Source of the DNA: an uncultured Gemmatimonadales bacterium
Lineage (GTDB): Bacteria; Gemmatimonadota; Gemmatimonadetes; Gemmatimonadales; GWC2-71-9
DNA length: 64,000 nt
Reading direction: 5' to 3'
Assembly: GCA_963779755.1 (NCBI GenBank)
Contig: CAVZZO010000001.1
Coordinates: 512,001-576,000 of the forward strand
Both the position numbers and the translations under genes were made by a program. The notes beneath the pieces were generated by a model. It had not been told where the DNA came from. It was given only the letters and a program-made list of their open reading frames with translations, and searched no databases. Shown in pieces: positions 45,977 through 56,001 of this stretch. How positions within the stretch are numbered: the stretch's first letter is position 1; each line of letters starts with the position of its first letter.

Positions 45977-45980
45977 GCTC

Positions 45981-48900
45981 CTATTCTGTCTTCATTCCTC
46001 TTTCCTGTCTGATTGCCGCCCACCGCCGCAGCAGCTCTTCCAGCTGCCCGCGGTAATCCCGGTACACCGCCCGCTGGCCTTCCGTGGGGGCGGCGTCGGC
46101 GCTCTGGACGCCGGTGACCAGGCTCGCCAGGACGCCGGTGATGCGTGACAGGTTCGTGTCGCCGGCCTGGACCAGGGACCGAAGTGAGCCGGCAGTCGCC
46201 GAGTCGAGCGCGGTGGAATCCGCGAGCTGAGCCTCGATCTGGTGGTCCGCGCCTACCGCGCGCTGCAGCAGGGAGTCGATCGCCTGCGCCAGAGCCAGCT
46301 GCTGCCGCAAGGCGGCGGCGGTCACGTGAACCCTGGGGTCCATCCGCACGGCCAGGGGCCGAGTCTGGTCTTTCCCACCGACGGTCAGCGTCACGCGGTA
46401 GTTGCCCGGGAGTACCAGGGGCCCTCTGGGCTCGAGCGGAGTCCCCTCCTTCCATACCCCGGCGATGGAGAAGTCGTAGCGCAGCGCCATGGGCGTGGGA
46501 TACCGCAGATCCCACAGGAACCGGTGCATGCCGGGCTCCGCCGATACCCGTCCCGGCGCCACCGTCCAGTCCTTCTGGAAATAGCGGTTGGACGGCAGCT
46601 CCTCGGCCGCGCCCTCGCTGGAGAACCGGCGGACCACGTGGCCCGCCGAGTCGCGGAGGGTGAGCGTCACCGGCCCGGAGGCGCCCTGCCCGATCCAGTA
46701 ATCGATGATGGCGCCGGCCGGCGGGTTCTGGCCCAGGGGCGTGGACGGAGGCGGCGGGGTATCGCGGTTCTCGTTGCCCCGGAGGCGCCACGCGGAGGCC
46801 GGCCGGAACAGGTGGGCCGGCGCGCGCGCGATAGTGGCGCTCGCTTCGCGCAGCGGCGCCAGATCGTCCAGCGCCCAGATGCCGCGGCCCTGGGTGGCGG
46901 CCAGGAGGTCGCCCTGGTGGACCAGCAGGTCGCGCACCCAGGTGGTGGGGAAGCCCGGTCCCAGCGGCTGCCAGTGATCGCCGTCGTCAAAGGAGACGTA
47001 CACGCCGCGATTGGTGCCGGCGTACAGCAGCCCCCGCCGCTCGGGGTCGGCCCGCAGCGCCGTGGTATACTCATCCCCCGGCAGGCCGGTATCGATCGGC
47101 TGCCAGGTGCGCCCCAGGTCGTGGGTGCGCAGCAGCATCGGCGCGAAGCGGTCCAGCCGGTGGGTGTCCACCGCCACATAGGCGCTGGCAGTGTCCTTTG
47201 CGGCCGCGTCGATGGTGGTGATTCGTCCCCAGGCCGGGACTGACGGCGGGGTGACGTTACGCCAGTGCGCGCCGCCGTCGGTGGTGACGTGGATCAGGCC
47301 ATCATCGGTCCCGGCCCAGATCAGGCGGCGACTCGCGGCCGAGGGCGCGATGGCATAGATCACGCCGAAGCCGCAGTCCCGCGCCGCGGGCGGCGCCGGG
47401 TTCTCGCAGCCCGTGGCGCCTTCCTGCTTGCCGCTCAGGTCGGGGCTCGCCGCCGACCAGTGGTCGCCGTCGTCCAGCGACCGGAAGAGCACCTGCGATC
47501 CCAGGTACATGGCGTGCGGCACAAAGGGCGAGAATACCAGCGGGGTGATCCAGGTGTAACGGTACCTGACCGTGGTGGGCCGGGCGCCGTAACTCGAGAC
47601 CGGCCAGGGCGAGACCTCCGCCGATTGGCGCGTCTCCTCGTTGAAGCGGGACACGTGGCCGCCCAGGCCGCTGCCGAAGACCATGTCCGGGTTCCCCGGT
47701 TTGGGCACCATATAGTCGCGCTCATCGCCGCCCACCGGGTGCCAGTCGCGCTCCTCGATGACGCCGTAGGGGCCGCTGCTCGCGATCTCCACCGTGCCGT
47801 TGTCCTGCTGGCCGCTGTAGATGTGATAGGGAAACCGGTCGTCGGCGGCGAGATGGTAGAACTGTCCCGTGGGCTGGTTATACCAGCTGGACCAGGTGGC
47901 GCCGCCGTTCAGCGTCAGCACCGCCCCCTGGTCCGATCCGGTAATCATCCTCTGAGGATTCACCGGGTCGATCCAGAGCGAGTGGTAATCATCTCCGCCG
48001 GGCGAGCCGCGCATGACCTCGAAGTGCTTCCCTCCGTCGGTGGAGCGCCGGATGGAGCGGCCCATCACGTAGACGGTATTCGAATCGTCCGGCGCCACTA
48101 CCACGCGCCCGAAGTAACTGCTGCCCAGCGAGCCGTCGTGGTTCACGTACTCCCAGCTGGCGCCGCCGTCCCTGGAGCGGTACAGCCCGCCGCCCCCCTC
48201 GGGCGCGTCCACCACCGCGTAGACGATCCGGCCGCCGCTCCCCCGCGCCACCGCCAGGCCGATCCGGCCCAGGGTACCGGCCGGCCAGCCGCTGCCGCCC
48301 AGCTTCTGCCAGTGCTCGCCGCCGTCGTTGCTCCGGTAGACCGCCGATTCGGGCCCGGCGTAGGGCTGGAAATAGTCCAGCCAGGGGTGCATGTGCATCT
48401 GCCACGCCGCGGCGTAGACCACCGAGGTGCTCTCCGGATCCCAGGCCAGGTCCACCACGCCGGTGCTGTCGCTCACGAAGAGGGTGCGGCGCCAGGTCTT
48501 GCCCCCGTCGTCGGTGTCGTAGACCCCGCGCTCGGCGTTGGGCCCGAAGACGTGGCCCATCGCAGCCACCAGCACGTGCCGCGCATCGGAGGGGCTCACC
48601 AGCAGCGCGCCGATATGCCGGGTGGAGTCCAGGCCGATGTGCCTCCAGGTCTCGCCTCCATCTTCCGAACGGTAGACCCCGTCGCCAGCCATGATGTCGT
48701 AGCGGGCCGCCACCTGGCCGGTGCCGGCATAGAGCACCTTCGGATCGGAGGGGGCGATTGCCAGGGCGCCGATCGCCGCGCTGGTCTCGTGCTGCATCCA
48801 GGGGTGCCAGGTGCGGCCCGCGTCGGTGCTCTTCCACACGCCGCCGCCCGCGCCGCCGAACCAGAAGGTACTGGAGCTGCCGGGGACGCCGGTCACCGCC

Positions 48901-49040
48901 GTCGCCCATCCCGCGCGGTACGGCCCTACCTGCCGCCAGCGCATGTCCTGGTAGAGCGTGGTGTGAATGGAGGCGGGAGTCTGCGCGGCGGCAACCTGCG
49001 CCAGGCACAGGAGGATGGCGGCGGGGAGGGTCCGTGTCAT
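45981..49040 (-). CDS. BNR/Asp-box (sortilin/VPS10-like) beta-propeller protein, putative glycosyl hydrolase
   Basis: WRQVGPYRAG, many S-x-D-G-G-x-T-W Asp boxes, and QPTGQFYH. Confidence 0.88.
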   Translation of the reverse strand: MTRTLPAAILLCLAQVAAAQTPASIHTTLYQDMRWRQVGPYRAGWATAVTGVPGSSSTFWFGGAGGGVWKSTDAGRTWHPWMQHETSAAIGALAIAPSDPKVLYAGTGQVAARYDIMAGDGVYRSEDGGETWRHIGLDSTRHIGALLVSPSDARHVLVAAMGHVFGPNAERGVYDTDDGGKTWRRTLFVSDSTGVVDLAWDPESTSVVYAAAWQMHMHPWLDYFQPYAGPESAVYRSNDGGEHWQKLGGSGWPAGTLGRIGLAVARGSGGRIVYAVVDAPEGGGGLYRSRDGGASWEYVNHDGSLGSSYFGRVVVAPDDSNTVYVMGRSIRRSTDGGKHFEVMRGSPGGDDYHSLWIDPVNPQRMITGSDQGAVLTLNGGATWSSWYNQPTGQFYHLAADDRFPYHIYSGQQDNGTVEIASSGPYGVIEERDWHPVGGDERDYMVPKPGNPDMVFGSGLGGHVSRFNEETRQSAEVSPWPVSSYGARPTTVRYRYTWITPLVFSPFVPHAMYLGSQVLFRSLDDGDHWSAASPDLSGKQEGATGCENPAPPAARDCGFGVIYAIAPSAASRRLIWAGTDDGLIHVTTDGGAHWRNVTPPSVPAWGRITTIDAAAKDTASAYVAVDTHRLDRFAPMLLRTHDLGRTWQPIDTGLPGDEYTTALRADPERRGLLYAGTNRGVYVSFDDGDHWQPLGPGFPTTWVRDLLVHQGDLLAATQGRGIWALDDLAPLREASATIARAPAHLFRPASAWRLRGNENRDTPPPPSTPLGQNPPAGAIIDYWIGQGASGPVTLTLRDSAGHVVRRFSSEGAAEELPSNRYFQKDWTVAPGRVSAEPGMHRFLWDLRYPTPMALRYDFSIAGVWKEGTPLEPRGPLVLPGNYRVTLTVGGKDQTRPLAVRMDPRVHVTAAALRQQLALAQAIDSLLQRAVGADHQIEAQLADSTALDSATAGSLRSLVQAGDTNLSRITGVLASLVTGVQSADAAPTEGQRAVYRDYRGQLEELLRRWAAIRQERGMKTE

Positions 49041-49097
49041 GAGGGGTCCACCGGTTCGGGAATGAAGCTGGGCGCGCCGGGCAAAGGGGCGCGCTTT

Positions 49098-51023
49098 CTA
49101 TTGTAATGCGAAGGCGACGATCGCGTCGCTCAGTCCCCAGAGATCGCCGCTGCCGCCCGCCGCGACCACCACATACTGCCTGCCGCCTGTCGCGTAGGTC
49201 ATCGGTGTCGCCTTGGCGCCGGCGGGAAGATCGCCCCGCCACAGCTCCAGGCCGGTGCGCGTATCGAAGGCGCGAAGGTGATGGTCGAAGGTGCCGGCCT
49301 GGAAGATGAGTCCGCTCGCCGTGGCGATCGGCCCGCCCAGCACGGGCGAGCCCCAGGACGCCGGCGCGCTGTCGCTTAGCTGTCCCAGCGGCACGCGCCA
49401 GCGCACCCGGCCCGTGCGGAGATCTACGCCGACCAGCTGCCCAAAGGGAGGCGGCGTACAGGGAACGCCGGCCGGCGACGCCAGTATCTGGCGCCGCATG
49501 ACATACGGCGTGCCGTGCATGTCGGTGTATTCAGGTTCGATCCGCTGCGGTTGATCCGAACGGCGCGCGAGGGCTGCCCGGCCCCGGGAGATGAGCCGGA
49601 TCGCCACAGCCAGCCGGTTCACCGGAATCACCGCGATCTGGCTGGCGGGGTCGAACGCTACGCCGCCCCACGCTACGCCGCCGACATTTGACGGCACGAT
49701 GAACGAGCCCTGGAGGCTGGGCGGGGTGTACATCCCCTCGTTCCGCAGCCCGCCGATCAGTCCCGCGCAGGCGGCGCGCGAGGCACTGTCCGGGCCCCAG
49801 GCCGAATCGGAGGGGAATCCCTGCGGGCTTAGCGCCTCCACGGAGGAGACCGGCTGGGTGGGAGACGCCTGTTCGCCCGGCACATCGCTCTTCGGCACCG
49901 CGCGTTCCGCTACCGGAAAAATCGGTGCACCGCTCGTGCGGTCGAGCACGAACAGCTGGCCGGTCTTGGTGGCCTGGAGCACCGCCGGAACGGGCCGGCC
50001 GTTGCGCATCACGTCCACCAGCGCCGGCGGCGCGGCGTTGTCGTAATCCCAGAGATCGTGGTGCACCGTCTGGAAACTCCAGACCAACGCTCCCGTCGAG
50101 GCGCGCAACGCCACCACCGAGTTTCCGTAGCGGCCGTCGCCCAGGCGGGTGCCGCCCCAGTAGTCGACGCTCGGGCTGCCGGTGGGGAGAATGACCAGAT
50201 CGTTGGCGGAGTCGGCCGCGATCACCGACCAGGCGTTGGCGGCGCCGGTGCGGTGGCCCCCGGGCCCGCGCCAGGTGGCATAGGCGGAATCGTGCGGGTC
50301 CTGAGGCACCGGATCCCAGCGCCAGCGCAGCCGGCCGGTGCGGGCGTCGAAGCCCCGGACTTCGCCGCTCGGCGCATCGGTGTAGTTGTTGTCGGCCACA
50401 CCCGATCCCACCACGAGCACGTCGCCGACCACCGCCGGCGGCGAGGTCTCCTCGTATTCCTCGGGGAAGTGCGGCGGGTTCCGCAGCCCCTGTCGCAGGT
50501 CCACGATGCCGTGGTTGCCGAACCCCGGGCAGGGGGTGCCGGTGTCGCGGTCGAGCGAGATCAACCGTGCGTCCACCGTCACGGCCACGATGCGCCGGGC
50601 GCACGCAACCCCCGGCGGCGCGTGCGCGTCGGTCCAGGCAGACACGCCCCTGCTGGTCCAGTCACCGAAATGGGCGGCGGGGGACACCGCGCCGTCCCAC
50701 CGCCACTTCTCCCGGCCCGTCGCCGCATCGAGCGCGATCACCTTGCCCAGCGGAGTGCTGAAGTAGAGTGTGCCGTCAAGCTCGATCGGGGTCGCCTCGA
50801 GCGACATGGATCGGCCCGACTTCGCAATCACTTCCCGTTCACCCGTCGAATAGCGCCACACCGGCTGCAATTGCGCAACGTTGGCCGGCGTGATCTGGGT
50901 GAGCGGGCTGTAGCGGCTTCCGAGAGCATCGTGCCCATACGCGCGCCAGGCGGAGTCGGGCGTCTGGGCGCGGAGTGAAGAAAGGAGAAACGGGAGAAGC
51001 AGGAGAGGGACGGCCTTGTTCAT
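49098..51023 (-). CDS. PQQ-dependent dehydrogenase (glucose/quinate/shikimate family, no N-terminal membrane anchor)
   Basis: RYSPLTQI...NV..L, EATPI, WSFQTVHHDLWDYD, PPFGQL, and ATPMTY...GRQYVV. Confidence 0.9.
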   Translation of the reverse strand: MNKAVPLLLLPFLLSSLRAQTPDSAWRAYGHDALGSRYSPLTQITPANVAQLQPVWRYSTGEREVIAKSGRSMSLEATPIELDGTLYFSTPLGKVIALDAATGREKWRWDGAVSPAAHFGDWTSRGVSAWTDAHAPPGVACARRIVAVTVDARLISLDRDTGTPCPGFGNHGIVDLRQGLRNPPHFPEEYEETSPPAVVGDVLVVGSGVADNNYTDAPSGEVRGFDARTGRLRWRWDPVPQDPHDSAYATWRGPGGHRTGAANAWSVIAADSANDLVILPTGSPSVDYWGGTRLGDGRYGNSVVALRASTGALVWSFQTVHHDLWDYDNAAPPALVDVMRNGRPVPAVLQATKTGQLFVLDRTSGAPIFPVAERAVPKSDVPGEQASPTQPVSSVEALSPQGFPSDSAWGPDSASRAACAGLIGGLRNEGMYTPPSLQGSFIVPSNVGGVAWGGVAFDPASQIAVIPVNRLAVAIRLISRGRAALARRSDQPQRIEPEYTDMHGTPYVMRRQILASPAGVPCTPPPFGQLVGVDLRTGRVRWRVPLGQLSDSAPASWGSPVLGGPIATASGLIFQAGTFDHHLRAFDTRTGLELWRGDLPAGAKATPMTYATGGRQYVVVAAGGSGDLWGLSDAIVAFALQ

Positions 51024-51162
51024 GGTTGTGTCCAGACCTGGCCGGTGGGCTCGCAGATCCAGCTGGCGCTGGGCGGAAACCCCGGCATCGCGGTACCGGT
51101 TGACACCCGCAACCAGTCTGCCGGGCGGCGAACGGAAGTGACTTCGCTGCGCGCGCGGAGGG

Positions 51163-51969
51163 TCAGGCGGCCGCGATGATGCTCGCAGCCGGCTGGAGCA
51201 GGCGCGCCAATCGCAGGAGTGCTTCGGCTTCCTGGTCCTGGGCGACACGGAAATCGTAGACGTCGCCGACCAGGGCATAATACTCGATCTGGCGCCGCAC
51301 GGTGGCGGAGTCGGGTGCTGCCGCGGCCGCCAGGAGATCGCCGGCCCGGTCGCGCAGCAGACGACTGAGCGGCAGCCCGCCGGAGACGCGCAGTGCCAGT
51401 GCCTGGAGATCGCGCAGCCGGCGGTCCCAGCCGTGGGCCAGCTCCCGGTGCGCCGGATCGGCCAGCAGTCGTGCCGCGGCGGGGGTGAAGCGCGCCCGGA
51501 CCGCCGGCGCGCGCTCCGGAAGAAGAGGGTGGAGGTCGTAGAGCTGCCGGGTGCGGAGGAAGCGGCGGCGCCGGAAGACGAGCATCTCCGCCAGACGCTC
51601 CCAGCTGACCACCACGGATACCGGCTCTTCCCGGCTGTCGAGCAGGACGATGTCGTCGCCTTCGGCCGCTACCGCGGCGAGCCAGTGATCCCACTGGTCC
51701 ACGCAGAGCAGTGTGGGGGTCCCGGCGGCGAGTATCTCCAGCAGGGCGTCCCGGGCCGAGGCCGCGCGCAGATGCCGCAGAACCTGCAGGCGGTAGCCGT
51801 ACAACTGCGCGGCCCGTCCCAGGCCGACCTCGTCCGTGCCCTTCGCCTCGCACGTCCCCGCCGCCCTGCCCAGGTCGTTCTCGTGAGCCACGACCCCGTA
51901 GGTCAACAGCGCATACTTGAGCGCGAACGGTCCGCACTCGTACACGGTGGGTTGGGGATAGAGGCTCAT
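51163..51969 (-). CDS. Stand-alone C39-like (papain-fold) cysteine peptidase domain protein
   Basis: QPTVYECGPFALKYAL, GT...GT..., DHWLAA and LLDS give the Q-C-H-D arrangement. Confidence 0.65.
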   Translation of the reverse strand: MSLYPQPTVYECGPFALKYALLTYGVVAHENDLGRAAGTCEAKGTDEVGLGRAAQLYGYRLQVLRHLRAASARDALLEILAAGTPTLLCVDQWDHWLAAVAAEGDDIVLLDSREEPVSVVVSWERLAEMLVFRRRRFLRTRQLYDLHPLLPERAPAVRARFTPAAARLLADPAHRELAHGWDRRLRDLQALALRVSGGLPLSRLLRDRAGDLLAAAAAPDSATVRRQIEYYALVGDVYDFRVAQDQEAEALLRLARLLQPAASIIAAA

Positions 51970-52173
51970 CGGGAAGGCGCCCGCCCAGCGGGTTAGAGGT
52001 GCCCCGGAAACTAGATGGGGGGGCAAGGGGAAGGGAGACCGAAACCATGGTGAAGCGCTTAACATGTTGTGGTGCAACGGATTAGACGCCGGCTGCCCGG
52101 GCCTGATGTGGATGGGAAGTGAGACGTCAGAACCTCTGAGGCGGTCCTGGACTCCACATTCTTCGGATTGGAC

Positions 52174-54294
52174 TCACAGCCCCAGCTGTTGCCGGAGAGC
52201 CCGGAAACGGGGATCGGTCCGGAGCGGATCGAAGGCGGCGGAATGGGCGAGCATGTCAATGTTGATGCTGCCCCAGTCGGCAGTCGCCAGGCATCGAAAT
52301 GCCCCGTCCGGATCGCCGAGTGCAGCCAGAGCGGCGCCGAGCATGAGAGGCTCGGCGCCTGAATTCAGAGCGGTGCGAATAACAGCCCGGGCGCGCTCCT
52401 TAGAACCGGCTCTTGCCAGAGTATATGCAAGGGCACCCGGTCCCCGCGGCGCGTCAGGAAACTCGCGACGGAACAGTTTACAGGTCTCCACCGCCTGCGT
52501 CGGGTCGCCGCCTTCAGCCTGCGCAAACGCGAGCACCAGGTGCGCCTCCGCGGCGGCCTCCATGGCTATGGCCTTCCTTGCAGACTGGATGGCGCGTTCG
52601 TAGTGGTGGAGCAGATACAGGATGAACGCATGTCCCATCCGGACGGCGGGAGAGAGGGGATCGAGCCTGGTGGCGCGCTCGATCTCGAGCAGCGCTTCCC
52701 GGGATTTCCCGAGCCGGAGCAGATGATCAGCGTACCAGTGACGCGCGGTGGCGTAGTTGGGATTGAGCTGAAGCGCCCGGCGAAATTCCTTGCCCGATTC
52801 CTCGCGGCGCCGCTCCGACTCGAGGGAGCGGGCCAGCGAGGCGTGCGCCTGGGCCGAGCCCTCGTCGAGTTCGAGCGCCCGGGACGCAGCCTCCCGGGCT
52901 TCGCGGTGTGACTTGATCCGATCCGCGCGAGCGAAGAGCGGTAACAGAGTTAACGTGTCCGCCAGCCCCGACCAGGCGGCCGCATAGGCAGGATCATGCT
53001 GGATCGAACGCCGGAACAGTCGTTCGGCTTCCTCCAGGGCCTCCGGAGAGCGCCGCGACCAGGCGTGCCGCCCCTGCAGGCAGAGACTGTAGGCCTCCAG
53101 GTCCTCCGTCGGCTCCCAGCTCAGGCGCTCGCTCGAGGCGGGGTCGAGCTCGATCCTGAGTGCGTTGGCGATTGCACGGGCCACCGCCTCCTGAGCTCCG
53201 AAGAGATCGCGGGTGGAGAGCCGGCGGGCGTAAGTGCGCGACCAGAGGAGCGCTCCGTCGCTGCCCGCGACGAGCCGGACATGGATTCGCGCGCTATCGC
53301 CTTCGACCTGAACACTGCCCTCCACCACCGCGTCTACCCCGAGGCGCCGGCTTATCTCCCGAGCGTCGTGGTCTCCGCTCAGAAAGCGGAAGGAGGAGGT
53401 CCCCGCAATCACCTTGAGGCCATCCATCCGGCCCAGGGCGTTCAGGGCCTCTTCCGGAAGGCTGTCGGCGAAAACGGCGCCGCCGGACTGGTCACCCAGC
53501 GCCCGGAACGAGAGCACGGCCAGGGAGCGAATGGGTGACGCGCTTCCATCGTCCGTTGTCTTCGAGCCCGTCCCCACCCTGGCCTGGATCGACGCCATGG
53601 CGTCCCGGGTCTGCGCTGCAGGTGCGAGCTCGTACTCGTCGGCGAGCCGGGTGGCAAAGTCCTGATACAGACGCAGCGCTCCGCCCGGGTCGCCGGTCTG
53701 GTCGAGCAGGAGGAGCAGGCGCCGGACCACCGATTCCTCGAACGGCGAGACCTCCAGCGCGCGGCGCAGAACCAGGATGCTCTTCGCCGGGTCTCCCTGC
53801 GCTTCCGCGGCTTCGGCGGCGCTCAGGGCCGCCCCCACCACCGCGTCCCTGATCCGCTCCCGGTGATCCGTGAGCCAGCGCTCGAAGTCCGAGGTGCCCC
53901 CAAGGTGAAAGCCCTCAAGAAGTTCGCCGGTGTAGAGGCGCAGCGCGTCGTCCCACCGGCCATCGGCCAGGCAATCTTCCAGCTCGATGGCATCGCACCA
54001 CACCCGGCTCCGGTCAATGGAGATTTCGTCCTGGCCGAAGCACAGAACCGGGTCCGATCCGAGGCAGCGGCGCAGCCGGTACATGGCCTGGCTCAGGGCG
54101 GCCCGCGCGTGGGCCTGGTCCAATTGGGGCCAGAGGAGATACACGATGCGGTCGCGACGCGACGCGCGGCTCGAGGCTTCCAGGCAGAGGTACGCCAGCA
54201 GGGCGAGTTGCTTCGGCTGGAGGCAGAGGTGGCCTCGCCGATCCTCGCCATCGGGCTCGATACCCGGCGCCCCCAGGATCTTGAATCGGATCAT
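52174..54294 (-). CDS. SARP/BTAD transcriptional regulator with TolB-N-like domain and TPR repeats
   Basis: LALLAYL...RRD....LWP, ARAALSQAMYRLRR, LYTGELLEGF, FERWL..R, SLAVLSF and TPRs. Confidence 0.9.
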   Translation of the reverse strand: MIRFKILGAPGIEPDGEDRRGHLCLQPKQLALLAYLCLEASSRASRRDRIVYLLWPQLDQAHARAALSQAMYRLRRCLGSDPVLCFGQDEISIDRSRVWCDAIELEDCLADGRWDDALRLYTGELLEGFHLGGTSDFERWLTDHRERIRDAVVGAALSAAEAAEAQGDPAKSILVLRRALEVSPFEESVVRRLLLLLDQTGDPGGALRLYQDFATRLADEYELAPAAQTRDAMASIQARVGTGSKTTDDGSASPIRSLAVLSFRALGDQSGGAVFADSLPEEALNALGRMDGLKVIAGTSSFRFLSGDHDAREISRRLGVDAVVEGSVQVEGDSARIHVRLVAGSDGALLWSRTYARRLSTRDLFGAQEAVARAIANALRIELDPASSERLSWEPTEDLEAYSLCLQGRHAWSRRSPEALEEAERLFRRSIQHDPAYAAAWSGLADTLTLLPLFARADRIKSHREAREAASRALELDEGSAQAHASLARSLESERRREESGKEFRRALQLNPNYATARHWYADHLLRLGKSREALLEIERATRLDPLSPAVRMGHAFILYLLHHYERAIQSARKAIAMEAAAEAHLVLAFAQAEGGDPTQAVETCKLFRREFPDAPRGPGALAYTLARAGSKERARAVIRTALNSGAEPLMLGAALAALGDPDGAFRCLATADWGSINIDMLAHSAAFDPLRTDPRFRALRQQLGL

Positions 54295-54614
54295 CGTGCC
54301 TCTCTCCCCCATCGCCGGATGGCTGCCCCCGGGCGGTGAGACTTTGGTGAGCTCCACCCGATAAGAATATGCGTCCGAACGCCGAAATCAGGACATCGGG
54401 GGCAGCGGGCCGGGTACCGCACCTCAGCGAGAATCGGCGTCATCCCGGAGACCAATCGGGCAGGGAGCCAGGGCCCAGGCGAGCCGGAACGTCCGCGTCT
54501 CGGCCGATGAGGATCTGCTGGGTTTCTTCTGTCTCCCGGATCTCAAGTCAGAGGGGCGCGCCGGGGGAACCAAGGCGTCCACCCGGCGATCACCTGGAAG
54601 CTAAGGAGGAGGAA

Positions 54615-55742
54615 ATGGCGAACTGGCGAATGCCGGCGTCAGCGTTGGCACTGGCCGCCGTGCTGGTATCCTGTGAGACGAAAATGGTCACCTCTCCGGC
54701 GTCCCTATCGTCCTTCAGGTCGGAGGCGTGCACCGTCGTGCCCGACCGGCACGAAGCGGCGTCGGACGTCGTACTGAACCTGGACCCTACCCGGGGCGAG
54801 TTTCCCGAGGGGATCGCCGTAGACCATCGCGGCGACATCTACGTGGGCCTTCGGTTCACCGGCGTCCTGCTGCGATTCCGGCCGGGAACGGCGTCCGAGG
54901 TCGTGACGCGGTTCGCTGCGGTGGATGCCGACGGAGATCCTCTTCCGGACCAGGGGCTCCTCGGACTGGCCACGGACCACCGGGGGAACGTCTATGCGGC
55001 GGTGGCCTCGTTCGATCCCGCGACGGGGGCACCGGCTTCGAGCCACGGGGTGTGGCGCATCACCCCGGCCGGCGACCGGGAACTGCTGCCCGGCAGCGCA
55101 CAGATCTTCTTCCCCAACGCCCTCACCTTCGACCGCCGTGGCAACCTCTACGTCAGCTCCTCCACCGGACCGCCTACCGGCCCCGGCGCCTTCGAGGAGG
55201 GAGGCGTCTGGAAGGTGGCGCCGGGGGGATCCGCCGCGCTCTGGTTCCGCGGTCCGGAGCTGACGGGGACCGGTGATGTGGCGCCGGGACCGTTCCCCAT
55301 CGGTGCCAACGGCATCGTCCACCACGGGAGCTCGCTTTTCGTCGCCAGCACGGAGAAACGTCAGTTGGTAGAGCTCCCGATCCGACCGGACGGGGGAGCG
55401 GGACCGGCCCGCGTTGCGGCAATTCTGGGTGTGCCCGGCGGGCCGAACCCCTTCGCCGGAGTGGTGGACGGTCTCGGGGTGGACGCGTGCGGCAACCTGT
55501 ATCCGGTGCTCATCGGTGAGAGCCGGCTCGTACGTGTCTCCCCTGACGGGTCCACGATGGAGACGGTGGCCGACGCGCAGGACGGCCTCCAGACGCCCAC
55601 GAGCGTCGCCTTCGGTGCCGGGAACGGCGCCACCGATGTCTTCATCGCCGAGTTCGCCGCCCTGGCCCCGCTGCTGGGCCAGCAGCCCGACCCGAAGGTG
55701 GTCAGGGTGCGCGTGGGGGTTCCGGGGCCGGACGCTCGATGA
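54615..55742 (+). CDS. SMP-30/gluconolactonase/LRE-like beta-propeller lipoprotein
   Basis: AGGAGG RBS, lipobox LVSC, FPEGIAVD..G, FPNALTFD..GNLYV, GANGI and DGLGVD..GNLY. Confidence 0.85.
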   Translation: MANWRMPASALALAAVLVSCETKMVTSPASLSSFRSEACTVVPDRHEAASDVVLNLDPTRGEFPEGIAVDHRGDIYVGLRFTGVLLRFRPGTASEVVTRFAAVDADGDPLPDQGLLGLATDHRGNVYAAVASFDPATGAPASSHGVWRITPAGDRELLPGSAQIFFPNALTFDRRGNLYVSSSTGPPTGPGAFEEGGVWKVAPGGSAALWFRGPELTGTGDVAPGPFPIGANGIVHHGSSLFVASTEKRQLVELPIRPDGGAGPARVAAILGVPGGPNPFAGVVDGLGVDACGNLYPVLIGESRLVRVSPDGSTMETVADAQDGLQTPTSVAFGAGNGATDVFIAEFAALAPLLGQQPDPKVVRVRVGVPGPDAR

Positions 55743-55809
55743 GAGGGGGTGGCGGGGGAGTCCGTGCAACGTCGCGCGCCGCCTCCATCCACCCCTCGAA
55801 CGGGGCGCC

Positions 55810-55977
55810 CCGTCTCCAGCCACAGGAGGGGCGAGGAGCACGTCGCGCCTGTGGCTGACCCCCGGCTCGGTGGCCAGGTAGACGAGGAGGGCCGCTGTCT
55901 GGACTGGAGTGCGACGGGGTCGGCCCCGGCATCCCCGATCGCCACCTCCACGTGGCGAGGGTCTCAATCCGGATCAT
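55810..55977 (-). pseudogene. Decayed 5' fragment of a SARP/BTAD regulator
   Basis: Joining frames gives MIRIETL.HVEVAIGDAGADPVALQSRQ.AALLVYLATEPGVSHRRDVLLA.LW, which aligns with the N-terminus of 52174-54294. Confidence 0.75.
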
Positions 55978-56001
55978 CGCCTTCCCGGGCGTCCCCAGCA
56001 C

